A stretch of 32,000 nucleotides of DNA from an uncultured bacterium (GTDB lineage: Bacteria; Margulisbacteria; WOR-1; CAVSGV01): positions 840,001-872,000 of the forward strand of contig OY969425.1 of the NCBI GenBank assembly GCA_963699255.1. Direction: 5' to 3'. The notes beneath the pieces were generated by a model. It made no database searches, had not been told where the DNA came from, and was given only the letters and a program-made list of their open reading frames with translations. Numbering within the stretch: the first letter of the stretch is position 1; the number at the start of each line of letters is the position of its first letter. A program made the translations under genes and the position numbers. Below are positions 1 through 10,400 of the stretch, piece by piece.

Positions 1-126
1 TACCAGAACAGGTTCGATCTTATGATGGCAGCTGCGACCGTCGCGACCATACCGGTCATGGTTTTATTCTTCATGCTCCAGAAATATATTATCAAGGGTT
101 TGACAGCCGGAGCAGTAAAAGGTTAA
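1..126 (+). CDS. C-terminal end of a carbohydrate ABC transporter permease (MalG/UgpE-like), truncated by the window edge
   Basis: Frame 1 reads YQNRFDLMMAAATVATIPVMVLFFMLQKYIIKGLTAGAVKG then TAA at 124-126. The ending IPVMVLFFMLQKYIIKGLTAGAVKG is typical of sugar ABC permeases. It is absent from the ORF track because it is short and cut by the edge. Confidence 0.88.
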   Translation, partial: YQNRFDLMMAAATVATIPVMVLFFMLQKYIIKGLTAGAVKG

Positions 127-130
127 TGAG

Positions 131-199
131 CTTACGGCTTACGGCACCGCCCTGCGGGCTACAGCTAACTGCTGTTAGCTGTAAGCCGTCAGCTGTAAG
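131..199. repeat. Nested imperfect inverted repeat with a perfect inner hairpin
   Basis: Inner hairpin ACAGCTAAC (161-169) TGCT GTTAGCTGT (174-182). Outer arms CTTACGGCTTACGGC versus GCCGTCAGCTGTAAG. Confidence 0.7.
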
Positions 200-225
200 T
201 TAAACAAGAAAGGGGTAAAATTGTT

Positions 226-1848
226 ATGAAGAGATTGTTTTGTGTTTTGATACTGCTATTTATGGGAGAGGCGTGCTTTGGGCTGTCAGCGCCCTCAGCA
301 ACATCGTCCGCTTCCATAACATCAACATCTGAAGATGGATGTTACATTGGATTGTTCAGAGAAGGCGCTCCGCAGAATATGGGTTATATTAAGAGCTTTG
401 AAAAGATGTTCGAGAAAAAGCCCGCAATGATAATGTGGTATGCGGATTTTAATTCCGATTTCCCATCAGAAGATTGTGAAAATGTCTATCGTTACGGCGC
501 GGTCCCGCAGATAGTATGGGAACCGTGGATCTGGGGAGATGAAGAAAAGATAAAGCTGGATAATATCATAAATGGAGAATGGGACAAACATATAGAAGAA
601 TGGGCATCGGACGCCGCGGCATATAAGAAAACCGTCTTTATCAGGTGGGGACATGAATTCAATATTGAAAAATATCCCTGGGGCATTGGCAACAACAACA
701 GGAGCGCGGAAAAATACGTAAAAGCATACCGGCACGTTCACGACATATTCAAGAAGGCGGGAGCAACGAACATTAAGTGGATATGGTGCTTTAATAATTA
801 TCCTAACCCGAACGAATACTGGAACAGCTGGGACCTGGCTTACCCGGGAGACGAATACATTGATTGGATCGGGATCGACGGCTACAACTGGGGAACAACG
901 CAAACGTGGAGCGGGTGGCAGTCATTTAAAGATATGTTCCGCGACCAGGTCAGGGAAGCTTCAAAAAAATATCCGACCAAGCCGCTCATGATAGCCGAAT
1001 TCGGGTCATGTGAGGACGGCGGTAGTAAGGCGAATTGGGTAAAAGACATACTCCCTACGCTGAAGATAAGCATGAACCAGGTCAAGGCGCTCGTCATGTT
1101 CGATACAAGAAAGGAATGCGACTGGAGGGTGAATTCATCCAAAAAGTCCCAGGATGCGTATCAATCCATTTTAAGCGACAGCTATTTTCTAAGCTCAGGC
1201 AAAGGCCTTATGAATCTTTCGGTCACAAAAAGCTTGCTGGCGGCGGGAGAAAACAGGTCCGCAGTTGCCAAAAAAACTTCGATCCCTGTGAAGATCGACG
1301 GGAATTTCAGGCCGTTTTCGGCCTGCACCCCCATTGTCATGGACAGCGACATCTTCCTTAAAGAAGGTTCTGACTGGAAAGGGCCAAAAGACCTTAGCGC
1401 GAGAATATATTTGCTGTGGGACAGCACATTTCTTTATATGTTCGCCAAGGTCACGGACAATCTGCCTCTCACTAACAGCAAAACGAACGGGGATATCTGG
1501 AACGGGGATGGCATAGAGGTAACTCTGCCCGGATACCAGATAGGTTTTGGAGCCGGCGACGGAAGCGCGAATAAGCCGTCCATATGGATATGGCAAAAAA
1601 GAAGGCCTTCCACCGGAGAGATCTTTGTGACAAAAACGAACAATCCGACCGGTTATGTGCTCGAAGCAAAAGTGCCATGGAAAGAGATCGGCTCTATCTC
1701 CCCAAAAACGGGCGGGAAGGTCGCTTTTGACATAGCGGTTGACGACGCGGATCAAACGTGGGAGAGAAAGCTACAATTCATATGGAGCGGGGATTATCTC
1801 TTTTATAAAGACCCGGATGTCTGGGGAGTTCTCCAATTTGAAGATTGA
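226..1848 (+). CDS. Secreted glycoside hydrolase, GH26-like (beta-mannanase fold), with a C-terminal CBM9-like carbohydrate-binding domain
   Basis: 540 aa with a signal peptide. Motifs FIRWGHEFNIEKYPWG (candidate acid/base Glu) and LMIAEFGS (candidate nucleophile Glu). C-terminal region YLLWDSTFLYMFAKVTDN...NGDGIEVTL resembles CBM9-like domains. Confidence 0.8.
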   Translation: MKRLFCVLILLFMGEACFGLSAPSATSSASITSTSEDGCYIGLFREGAPQNMGYIKSFEKMFEKKPAMIMWYADFNSDFPSEDCENVYRYGAVPQIVWEPWIWGDEEKIKLDNIINGEWDKHIEEWASDAAAYKKTVFIRWGHEFNIEKYPWGIGNNNRSAEKYVKAYRHVHDIFKKAGATNIKWIWCFNNYPNPNEYWNSWDLAYPGDEYIDWIGIDGYNWGTTQTWSGWQSFKDMFRDQVREASKKYPTKPLMIAEFGSCEDGGSKANWVKDILPTLKISMNQVKALVMFDTRKECDWRVNSSKKSQDAYQSILSDSYFLSSGKGLMNLSVTKSLLAAGENRSAVAKKTSIPVKIDGNFRPFSACTPIVMDSDIFLKEGSDWKGPKDLSARIYLLWDSTFLYMFAKVTDNLPLTNSKTNGDIWNGDGIEVTLPGYQIGFGAGDGSANKPSIWIWQKRRPSTGEIFVTKTNNPTGYVLEAKVPWKEIGSISPKTGGKVAFDIAVDDADQTWERKLQFIWSGDYLFYKDPDVWGVLQFED

Positions 1849-1905
1849 CGAATCTCCTCGGGTATGGTAATATTCCCCTTACCCTTCAAAGGAGGCAATA
1901 GATAC

Positions 1906-2658
1906 ATGAAGAAACTTATGAGATCTACATCTTTCGGATTGGGCGTCTTATTGCTTGGCTTTCTGGTTTGCGGTTTTGGAGGACCAGCCCCGCAAGCAAA
2001 TCCCTCAAGTTCAGGCGGAAGCAGCGATAATTACGGCCTTTGCAACTGTAATTATGGCCCGAATGTCTATATGTTCGATGATTTCGAAGATGGCGATTAC
2101 ACATCAAGCCCCGAATGGTGGAAATTTGACAATATTGATCTAAAAGTCGTTGATAATTCCGATTATCAAAACGGCGACCAATCCTCCCTGAACGAGATCA
2201 AAAAATACTCCCTGAACATCAACGGCACCTGCAGCGACTGGTATTGTGGCGGCATGGGCACCTACACGGCGAGAAAAGGCGTTGATCTTTCAAGGTATAA
2301 TTACTTTCAGATGGACGTTTACGGCAACGGCGCGGGAAGCGGCACTATTAAGATCGAGCTGAATGATGACGATAACGGTAACTGGCAGATAGAACAGGAC
2401 CCGAAAAAAGGGTATGCGAACTTATATGACGATAAGTTTGTCTATAATATTATCGTTGACTGGAGAGGCTGGAAAAGGGTCTCCATTCCTATCGCCGATT
2501 TCGTCGATGAAAACCCCGGCGTCGGGGACGACATTTGGAACCCGGAACAAACGGGCGGCTCAGGCGGCCTGATACAGATGCAGCTGATATTTATCGGACC
2601 AAAAAAGTCGGGAAACGTAAGGTTCAACATCGACAACGTTTCGCTTGTAACAAAATAA
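1906..2658 (+). CDS. Secreted carbohydrate-binding protein (CBM11/CIA30-like beta-sandwich)
   Basis: The ORF track starts at 1864, but ATG at 1906 follows AAAGGAGG and begins a signal peptide (MKKLMRSTSFGLGVLLLGFLVCGF). The body contains FDDFEDGDY...YFQMDVYGNG...WKRVSIPIADF...FNIDNVSLV. Confidence 0.6.
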   Translation: MKKLMRSTSFGLGVLLLGFLVCGFGGPAPQANPSSSGGSSDNYGLCNCNYGPNVYMFDDFEDGDYTSSPEWWKFDNIDLKVVDNSDYQNGDQSSLNEIKKYSLNINGTCSDWYCGGMGTYTARKGVDLSRYNYFQMDVYGNGAGSGTIKIELNDDDNGNWQIEQDPKKGYANLYDDKFVYNIIVDWRGWKRVSIPIADFVDENPGVGDDIWNPEQTGGSGGLIQMQLIFIGPKKSGNVRFNIDNVSLVTK

Positions 2659-2663
2659 ATTGA

Positions 2664-3695
2664 ATGCCATCTAAACCTTTAGATATTGCACTTGTTCTTT
2701 TGTTGTTAAGCGCGTCGTGTTTTGTTATGCCATCATATTCCGCTAACTTCTCCGACCGATTCGCTATTTCTCCTCCGGCGGGATGGGCAGGCGACGACAC
2801 TAACGGGACTCCGCGCACCATCACCGGGGTTCTCCCTTCTGATTTCAAGGAAGATAATGAGGTGGTTACGGGTTTTGGGAGTTATTCCAATAAGGTGATG
2901 TGCCGCGGACAAAACTTGCGCCAGTACCGGGTCAGCATACACCTTAACGGAGATCTTATATCGGGATCCAACATTATTCCGGCGTCGAGTTTGAGATATA
3001 TGCTTACTTACACGAACGGACTCGGAACTATTTCCAACTATCAAAAGTACATCAATTTTTCAACAGCCTGGAACACGGTCTATTTAAGCTTAAGCAATCC
3101 TATCACAATAGAATCACCATTCCCCGAAGATGCATCCGCAGATAGAGAGTTTCAGTTCAAGTACGCGATCCAGGTACCGAACAATCAGGCTCCCGGAACA
3201 TATACAGCTAACATAGAATATTTAGGAGAAGAGATCGGGGGGACAAGCGCTACACGGACAGCTCAAATTTCAGTCACTGTTGGGAACTATTTCCGCCTTT
3301 CCGTGGACAGGGGCACCATCGATTTTGAAAAGATGAAGCCGGGGGATGTAAAAGACAACATGCCGCCTGAAGGCGTTATCGTAACAAGCAACACAAACAC
3401 CGGAAATCCCTGGTACTTAAAGATATCCAATGACAGCCCGCTTAGTTCCGGTCCGTATGTGATCCCGGATTCAAATTTCTCTTGGTACGGTTGGACGGAT
3501 GGAGCAGGCACATGGTACGGCACAGGGAACAATCCGATAACATTCGTGCCCGAGCTTATGTACGCGAGCGGAGCAAATGAGGGTAACAACATGCCGAACG
3601 GCACGAACAATCATTTAAAGTTCAAGCTGGCTATCCCGAAGGGACAGCCGGGCGGCAAGTACCTATCAACAGTTACACTGACACTAACGGAGTAG
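2664..3695 (+). CDS. Secreted beta-domain protein with two related domains, paralogous to the next gene
   Basis: 343 aa with a signal peptide. The C-terminal half (FRLSVDRGTIDFEKMKPGD...GNPWYLKISNDSPL...NFSWYG...GTWYGTG...KYLSTVTLTLTE) aligns with the C-terminal part of ORF 3709-4329. Confidence 0.7.
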   Translation: MPSKPLDIALVLLLLSASCFVMPSYSANFSDRFAISPPAGWAGDDTNGTPRTITGVLPSDFKEDNEVVTGFGSYSNKVMCRGQNLRQYRVSIHLNGDLISGSNIIPASSLRYMLTYTNGLGTISNYQKYINFSTAWNTVYLSLSNPITIESPFPEDASADREFQFKYAIQVPNNQAPGTYTANIEYLGEEIGGTSATRTAQISVTVGNYFRLSVDRGTIDFEKMKPGDVKDNMPPEGVIVTSNTNTGNPWYLKISNDSPLSSGPYVIPDSNFSWYGWTDGAGTWYGTGNNPITFVPELMYASGANEGNNMPNGTNNHLKFKLAIPKGQPGGKYLSTVTLTLTE

Positions 3696-3708
3696 GAAAA
3701 TTAAAAAT

Positions 3709-4329
3709 ATGCAACAAATGAATCTAAGTTTTTGGAACCTGCGAATGAACTTCCCTGCCCGTCCGGCAGGCGGGGCGGTTCCAAAATTGCGAGGAACCGA
3801 GACGTTTAGTCTCAGGTTCCGAGCTCTATTTGTCATTTGGATTTTGTCATTTGTCATTTTGTCCTCCCCTGCTTATTCCGCTCAAGCAACCAGTTCCATC
3901 ACTGTTACTGTTTTAGTTCAAGGCTCTTTTAACTTGATGGTGAACACCGACTCATTTGATTTCGCGCGTCTCGCGCCCGGGCAAACCGGAGAAATGAACA
4001 GGTCCGAAGGGGTGGCGGTTACAGGAACATCCAGCGGCGGAAATCCGTGGTACTTGAAGGTTTCAGCAGTAAAGCCTTTGACATCGGGAAGCAACTCTAT
4101 CCCGAATGAAAATTTCACCTGGTACGGCACAAGCGAAGGGACCGGCAGCTGGCATGGGACAGGAGAAAAAAGCTTTGCCGATCCCGACAACACGGCATAT
4201 GTAAGCTCAGCAGAAGAAGCGGACCAGATCAGCAAGGTCGTTAACAGGTTCAAGTTCAGGCTGCATACTCCCGAAGATACAAAACCCGGAAATTACACAA
4301 CGACCGTAATGTTCACGATGACGGAGTAA
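3709..4329 (+). CDS. Secreted single beta-domain protein, paralog of the preceding gene
   Basis: 206 aa. FNLMVNTDSFDFARLAPGQ...GNPWYLKVSAVKPL...NFTWYG...GSWHGTG...NYTTTVMFTMTE. The N-terminal extension is encoded by repeat-like DNA. Confidence 0.7.
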   Translation: MQQMNLSFWNLRMNFPARPAGGAVPKLRGTETFSLRFRALFVIWILSFVILSSPAYSAQATSSITVTVLVQGSFNLMVNTDSFDFARLAPGQTGEMNRSEGVAVTGTSSGGNPWYLKVSAVKPLTSGSNSIPNENFTWYGTSEGTGSWHGTGEKSFADPDNTAYVSSAEEADQISKVVNRFKFRLHTPEDTKPGNYTTTVMFTMTE

Positions 4330-4332
4330 ACA

Positions 4333-5211
4333 ATGAAAACCACAAATCACAATAAACAATATACAAACAATATACAAATTCTAAGACACAACAATAAAAA
4401 CACATTCTTTTTGTTTATTCGGTCATTGTTTATTGTTTGTAATTTGTTGCTTGTAATTTGTATCTTTGGATTTACCTCCCCTGCCTTTGCCCTATCGATA
4501 AACATCGATCCGTCAAATATTAACGTATCTATAAAGCCCGGTGAAACAAAGGACGGCGAGATCCTTGTCCAGAACCTTGGGGAAGACAAAATAAAGATAA
4601 AAGCATACACTGAAGACTGGATCTATGCCTCTGACGGTAGCAAGGTTTTCATGAAACCGGGTTCTTCGGTATATTCTTGCTCCTCCTGGATCAAGCTGGA
4701 TCCGGAACAATTCGATCTGGGATCCAAAGAAGACAAAAAAGTAAAATACACCATCACTTCTCCAAGCAACGCTTCCGGAGGACATGTTTCCGTGATCTTT
4801 TTCGAGGCTGTCATAGATAAGTACGAAGGAATTGCCGTGTCTGGAAGGATAGGAACGATCGTTTACCAGGATACCGAAGGAGACATAAAGAGATCCGGAG
4901 AGATAAAGGCGCTTTCAGTCCTGACCTCTGAAGAAGGCAAACCGGTCGTTCTTCAAATTTCCTTTGAAAACAATGGGAATTCGTATATAGCAGCGAAGCC
5001 GGGCATAAAGATAATGGACGGCGGGAAAACCATTATTGAGTCACAGGCAATGAACATAAACACTCTTCCGGGAGACACGAAAATAAGCACCGTAACGATC
5101 AACAAGCCGTTATCAGAAGGCAATTATAAAGCACAGGTCGAGCTGAACTTTGACAACAAAACCCTCAAATCCCAATCAGATTTCACCATCAGAAAATCTA
5201 CCCAAAAATAG
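4333..5211 (+). CDS. Periplasmic/surface assembly chaperone-like protein (PapD-like or immunoglobulin-like N-terminal domain)
   Basis: 292 aa. Signal region, then INIDPSNINVSIKPGETKDGEILVQNLGEDKIKIKAYTEDWIY...SSWIKLDPEQFDLGSKEDKKVKYTITSPSNASGGHVSVIFFEA, which resembles chaperone-like beta-sandwich domains. Confidence 0.55.
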   Translation: MKTTNHNKQYTNNIQILRHNNKNTFFLFIRSLFIVCNLLLVICIFGFTSPAFALSINIDPSNINVSIKPGETKDGEILVQNLGEDKIKIKAYTEDWIYASDGSKVFMKPGSSVYSCSSWIKLDPEQFDLGSKEDKKVKYTITSPSNASGGHVSVIFFEAVIDKYEGIAVSGRIGTIVYQDTEGDIKRSGEIKALSVLTSEEGKPVVLQISFENNGNSYIAAKPGIKIMDGGKTIIESQAMNINTLPGDTKISTVTINKPLSEGNYKAQVELNFDNKTLKSQSDFTIRKSTQK

Positions 5212-5358
5212 AAATTTTCCACTGTTTTTGACGATAATATAGTATAGGGGGGATGTGGCTATACTTTTTATTGTAGCAAAGCCAAATTTTTATTGTTTTA
5301 TTAATGAAAAACATACAAGAAACCGTCTCAACAACACGATAAAGAGTATAGAGGAATT

Positions 5359-6855
5359 ATGCGTAAAGTAATATATATACTTATAATATCTGCTTTTGTA
5401 CTGCTGCAGGCAAACGCTCTTGCATTCGGCGCAAGTCCTTTGACCCTCACGTATGCAGGCGGAACGGGTGCGGGCGCATCTGATTCGAAATTTGCAGAGA
5501 ACACCTGGGATTACAACTATCAATACCATGTTCTGGTCCTTTCCGGCGATGTCCCGCAGGGAAGCCTTTTCTCACAAATACAAGTGGAGGAAAGTGATTA
5601 TAAGACCGGACTGGCGTACGCTCGCATGAACCTTTACGGCAGCACATATACTATCGACCTCGGCGACAATGTTGTGAACTTCTCCGATCTCACATTGAAT
5701 AGTTTGGCATATGAGGGCGCGGGCGTGACCCTGAAACCTTCCGGCAACTTCAACATGACGGTGGTCGGCGGCGCGCGAGGCAACGGATTGTGGGGAGCCG
5801 ATGTCAGGAGAGACACTAGACCGCAGGAAAAATTTACGGGAGTAAAGACCGTCTTCAACCCTGTTGCGGGGCTGGGCCTTTCCGCCACATACCTGACGAC
5901 CCCGGGCGGGGATGATGTCCTGGCTTATGGAGGAGAATACGATTTTGAGGACCTTAAATTCGCCGCTGAGTACGGTTCCGCGATCGAAGGAAAAGCTTTC
6001 AGCGGCCAGATAAAATATCAGGACAACTGGCTGTCTCTCGGGACCATTTACAGGGATGTTGACCCGACCTATGTTATTCCGTTCGATTCCGCCACCTATA
6101 AGGGAATAAAAGGAACTTACTCTTCCGTAGGGATAAGGCCTTCGAACAATCTTTCAATAAATGTACAGAGTGACAGCTACATAGACAGACTGAACGGCTC
6201 CTCCGACGTCCCGATCCTGGACACGAGGGGGGACATGACCTACAATCTTGCGAGCGGAACGAACATTGGATATTCTGGCTGGAGGAATGACAGGGAATCC
6301 TACGACAGAGGCGGCATTACCGAAGGCGAGATGATGTACGTAACCCAGCAATTTTACCTTTTAACAAAGAACGCGATCTACTTCAGGAGCCAGCCGTCGT
6401 GGTTCCAGAGCTTTAATCCATCCGAGGAGTCTTATTCCGAAAATAAGAACATCGCGGGGCTCAACATATCGCTGTTCGACGCTATCCACCTTAACTATGA
6501 GATAGAGAACGCCGAAAAAATATTCAAAAACACCGATATTGAAGTCGATCCCTCGGCCGTATCCGCGAGGATGGACCTTTTTGAGAGCCAGATAATGGGG
6601 AGTCCGTTCTATATCGCGAGTTCGATCAATTACAGAAAAGACATCCCTGATAAAGATGTTTCGGAGGAAGCCACTTCCACTTCCGCCTATTCCGACGTGA
6701 CCATAAAATACAGCCCGGACCCCGACATGAGCTGTTTCATCACCGCCAAGGTCTTCGACATGAGCTCGCCTGATGCGGACAGGACCGCGAGGGAACAGAG
6801 AGATCTGAGCTTTGGCCTTAATTATACCTTCAGCACTAGCTTCTATATGAAATGA
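5359..6855 (+). CDS. Predicted outer-membrane beta-barrel protein
   Basis: 498 aa with a signal peptide, many alternating amphipathic strands ending in Y/W/F residues, and a C-terminus (LSFGLNYTFSTSFYMK) with barrel-like strands. Confidence 0.55.
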   Translation: MRKVIYILIISAFVLLQANALAFGASPLTLTYAGGTGAGASDSKFAENTWDYNYQYHVLVLSGDVPQGSLFSQIQVEESDYKTGLAYARMNLYGSTYTIDLGDNVVNFSDLTLNSLAYEGAGVTLKPSGNFNMTVVGGARGNGLWGADVRRDTRPQEKFTGVKTVFNPVAGLGLSATYLTTPGGDDVLAYGGEYDFEDLKFAAEYGSAIEGKAFSGQIKYQDNWLSLGTIYRDVDPTYVIPFDSATYKGIKGTYSSVGIRPSNNLSINVQSDSYIDRLNGSSDVPILDTRGDMTYNLASGTNIGYSGWRNDRESYDRGGITEGEMMYVTQQFYLLTKNAIYFRSQPSWFQSFNPSEESYSENKNIAGLNISLFDAIHLNYEIENAEKIFKNTDIEVDPSAVSARMDLFESQIMGSPFYIASSINYRKDIPDKDVSEEATSTSAYSDVTIKYSPDPDMSCFITAKVFDMSSPDADRTAREQRDLSFGLNYTFSTSFYMK

Positions 6856-6916
6856 AACAAATAGGCACAATTGACACATCCGCCTCAAGGTTTTAGAATG
6901 TTCCTGAGGTGAATTG

Positions 6917-7489
6917 ATGTATCTTGTCGTTGGCCTGGGCAATCCCGGAAAAGAATACGAATTAACGCGTCACAACATCGGCTTCAGGGTCATAGACCGG
7001 ATCTCTGCTGACCTGAAGATCAAAGTTTCAAAAGGCCAGTGCCTGGCTATAACAGGTCAGGGAGATGCCGCCGGCCATAAATTGATCCTCGCAAAGCCGC
7101 AAACTTTTATGAACTTGAGCGGTGACAGCGTTTCAGAGCTCGTTAGATGGTTCAAGATCGAAAGAGGTCATTTGATGGTCATATATGACGACCTTGACCT
7201 GGATACCGGAACTCTAAGGATAAGGCCGAAAGGAAATTCAGGCGGACATAAAGGCGTTGAATCGATAATCAACAGGCTGGGGACAACGGAATTCACAAGA
7301 ATAAGGCTAGGCATAGGCAGGCCGGACAGAACGCCTCTTAAAGAAGACAGTTCCGGTTATGTATTATCCCGTATCCCCAGGGAAGAACAGGAAGCTATCG
7401 ATCAAGCCATCCTATCGGCTGCCGAAGCTGTTCCTTTGATCTTGAAGGAAGGTCTTGAAGCAGCGATGAATAAATATAATATACAGTGA
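6917..7489 (+). CDS. pth: Peptidyl-tRNA hydrolase
   Basis: MYLVVGLGNPGKEYELTRHNIGFRV...PQTFMNLSG...VIYDDLDL...GSGGHKG-like (NSGGHKGVESI), family signatures throughout. Confidence 0.97.
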   Translation: MYLVVGLGNPGKEYELTRHNIGFRVIDRISADLKIKVSKGQCLAITGQGDAAGHKLILAKPQTFMNLSGDSVSELVRWFKIERGHLMVIYDDLDLDTGTLRIRPKGNSGGHKGVESIINRLGTTEFTRIRLGIGRPDRTPLKEDSSGYVLSRIPREEQEAIDQAILSAAEAVPLILKEGLEAAMNKYNIQ

Positions 7490-10400
7490 ACCTGCACGGA
7501 ATAGCCAGAACATTATCTAGCGATCCCCGGTTCGACAAGATCATCGGCAGCAGAAAAACAGCCGTAGAAGGCCTTGCCGGCAGCGCGGCTGCCGCTTTTT
7601 ACTCCGCCCTCTTTATAAAAACCGGCAAAACGCTCCTTGTAATATCCCAGGATGCCGAATCGCTGTCGAATGACATCAAAACCTTTATAGGAGATAACAG
7701 GGCATATTACTTCCCAGCCTGGGACACATTTCCGACCGAAGATATCTCCCCCAGCACGGAAATAGTCGGAGAACGTCAGGCGATACTTGACCGGATACTG
7801 GCGGGAGAAAAGCTGATAATTACTGCGGCCATAAAATCGGCGGTAACAAGGGTCATTCCAAAAACCGTTCTGCAGGAAAATACCATTTCCCTTCAAACCG
7901 TAAGTTCTAAGATCGACCCTGAAGCGAAGCTCAGCGCATGCTTCAGGGTCGACCGGGAAGGATTGATCAGCCAGCTCGTGAAGCTTGGATATAAGAGAAG
8001 GGACATAGTTGGAGAACGGGGGGAATTCGCCGTGAGAGGAGGGATATTGGACATTTTCGCCCCTAACTTATCCGATCCTGTAAGGATAGAGCTTGTCGGC
8101 GACAAAATAGAGTCACTCAGGTTCTTTGATGCGGCAAGCCAGAGGTCCAAGGCGGGTGTCAAAGGGGTCAAGATATTTCCTATTCACGAGCTTGTCCTGG
8201 ACGGAGCCGAAGGATCCGTTCTTGAGGGCGAGGCAGAATACAAGGACGGGATAGAGCTCAAAATACCTCAAATATATGCCGGTTTTAGCGGCATCTTCGA
8301 ATATCTTGATGACGGGACCTTGATAATACTGGACGATCCACGAAGTCTTCGTCTTTCCCAGGAAAAACTGATCAAAGAAATAGAGGAACTGCGCGGAAAT
8401 TCAACGGGGAAATTTTACCTGGATGTTGATGAATTTGAAAGATCGCTGTCGAACTATCCCTTGATCACGCGTGGCGACGGCGAAGGCGGAGTATCGTTTG
8501 ATTTTGCACCGGCGGACGATCATATGGGAAAGATCGATCAGCTTATTGATAAGCTGGTAAAAGAAAGAGCCGGGATGTCGACTTTCATAGTAAGCAAGCA
8601 GGCTGACAGGCTCCATGAACTTTTCATTGAGAGAGGGCTTGTAGCTCAAAAGATCGAAGAAGTACCGCCTGACTTCAAGAAAGGCATATTCATACTGTTC
8701 GGCAAGCTCAGGACCGGTTTTCGCGGCAACGGGATAGAGGTCCTGACGGACAGAGAGCTGTTCGGCGAGATGCCATCAAAGGTCACGTTCACGCCCAAGC
8801 CATCGGAAGGGGTCTCTGAAAAACTGCTCGCTGAACTTTATGTGGGGGATTATGTCGTCCATTCAAATTACGGGATAGGGATATACAGGGGCCTAAAGAA
8901 GCTGGAGATCGACGGCGCGCTCCAGGAATACATCCAGATCGATTACGCGCAGGATGACAAGCTCTATGTGCCGCTGCACCAGATGGGCCTTGTTGAAAAA
9001 TATTCCGGCGGAGGGGACTACAAGCCAAAGATAGGACGACTTGGAGGAACAGAGTGGGCAAGGCAAAAGTCCCGCGCAAAGAAATCCATAAAGGACATTA
9101 CCGAGGAGCTGCTTGACCTTTATGTTTCAAGACACAAGATGGAAGGGCTAAAGTATCCTCCGGATTCTTTGTGGGAGATGGAATTTGAAAAATCCTTCCC
9201 GTATGAAGAAACTCCGGATCAGGCAAAAGCGATCCGGGAGATCAAGAAAGACATGGAAAGCGGAAAGCTTATCGACAGGCTTGTTTGCGGGGACGTGGGC
9301 TACGGGAAAACAGAAGTAGCTCTTCGCGCGGCTTTCAAGGCCGCGGTATCAGGCCAGCAGGTAGCGGTCCTGACCCCTACGACCGTTCTTGCCGACCAGC
9401 ATTTCCATGTTTTTTCCCAAAGGTTCAAGCCCTACCCCATCACGGTGGAAGCGCTGTCCCGGTTCAAGAGCAAGGATGAACAAAAACAGATAATCAGATC
9501 GCTTGAAGCAGGAGCGATCGACATAGTTATCGGGACCCACAGGATGATCCAGAAAGACGTTAAATTCAAGAACCTGGGCCTTCTTATAATAGACGAAGAG
9601 CAGAAGTTCGGGGTTTCGGCCAAGGAGAAGCTGAAGCAGATCGCGATGAGGGCCAATGTGATAACACTTTCCGCAACGCCTATCCCGAGGACGCTCTACA
9701 TGGCTCTCTCTGGCGTCAGGGAGATGAGCATCATCGCAACCGCGCCCCTTGACAGGTCTCCCATAAGGACATACCTGAGGGAATTTGACGAGAATATAAT
9801 AAAGGAAGCGATAAGAAGGGAGCTTGAGAGAGGCGGCCAGGTGTTCTTCGTTCACAACATCGTAAAAAACATAGACAAAATAGCCGCCCTAATCAAACAG
9901 ATAGTCCCGGAAGCCAGGATCGCCGTGGCGCACGGGCAGATGAAGGAATCCAGCCTTGAGGAGATCATGATTAAGTTCGTGAACAAAGAATTTGACGTTC
10001 TGCTCTCGACAAGCATAATAGAATCCGGGCTTGATATCCCGTCCGTAAACACCGTGATAATAGACAACGCTTCGGAATTCGGCCTCTCACAGCTTTACCA
10101 GATAAGAGGCAGGGTCGGAAGGTCTTCAACGAGAGCTTTCGCATATCTTCTCTACCATAAAGAAAAGGTCTTGACGGATAAAGCCCTCGAGAGATTGAAA
10201 GCCATACAGGAATTCACCGCTCTTGGTTCCGGATACAAGCTCGCAATGGCTGACCTTGAGATAAGAGGCGCCGGAAATATCCTCGGGGGAGAACAGCACG
10301 GTCACATGCTTAACATCGGATTTGACCTGTACTGCGACCTGCTGGAGGAATCCGTAAGAGAGCTTAAGCACATCGAGCCCCCGGCGGCAAAAAAGGTGTT

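Noticed and set aside
1035-1361. + strand 108 aa ORF and other overlapping ORFs inside the GH26 gene
   Set aside because: Fully nested in a well-supported 540 aa gene, with low-complexity composition and no recognisable domain.
2664-6855. Calling the locus a classical chaperone-usher pilus operon
   Set aside because: The barrel is about 498 aa rather than usher-sized, and the secreted proteins lack clear pilin signatures.
6361-6942. 193 aa minus-strand ORF antisense to the barrel gene
   Set aside because: Antisense shadow of the 498 aa coding frame, with no start context or family motifs.
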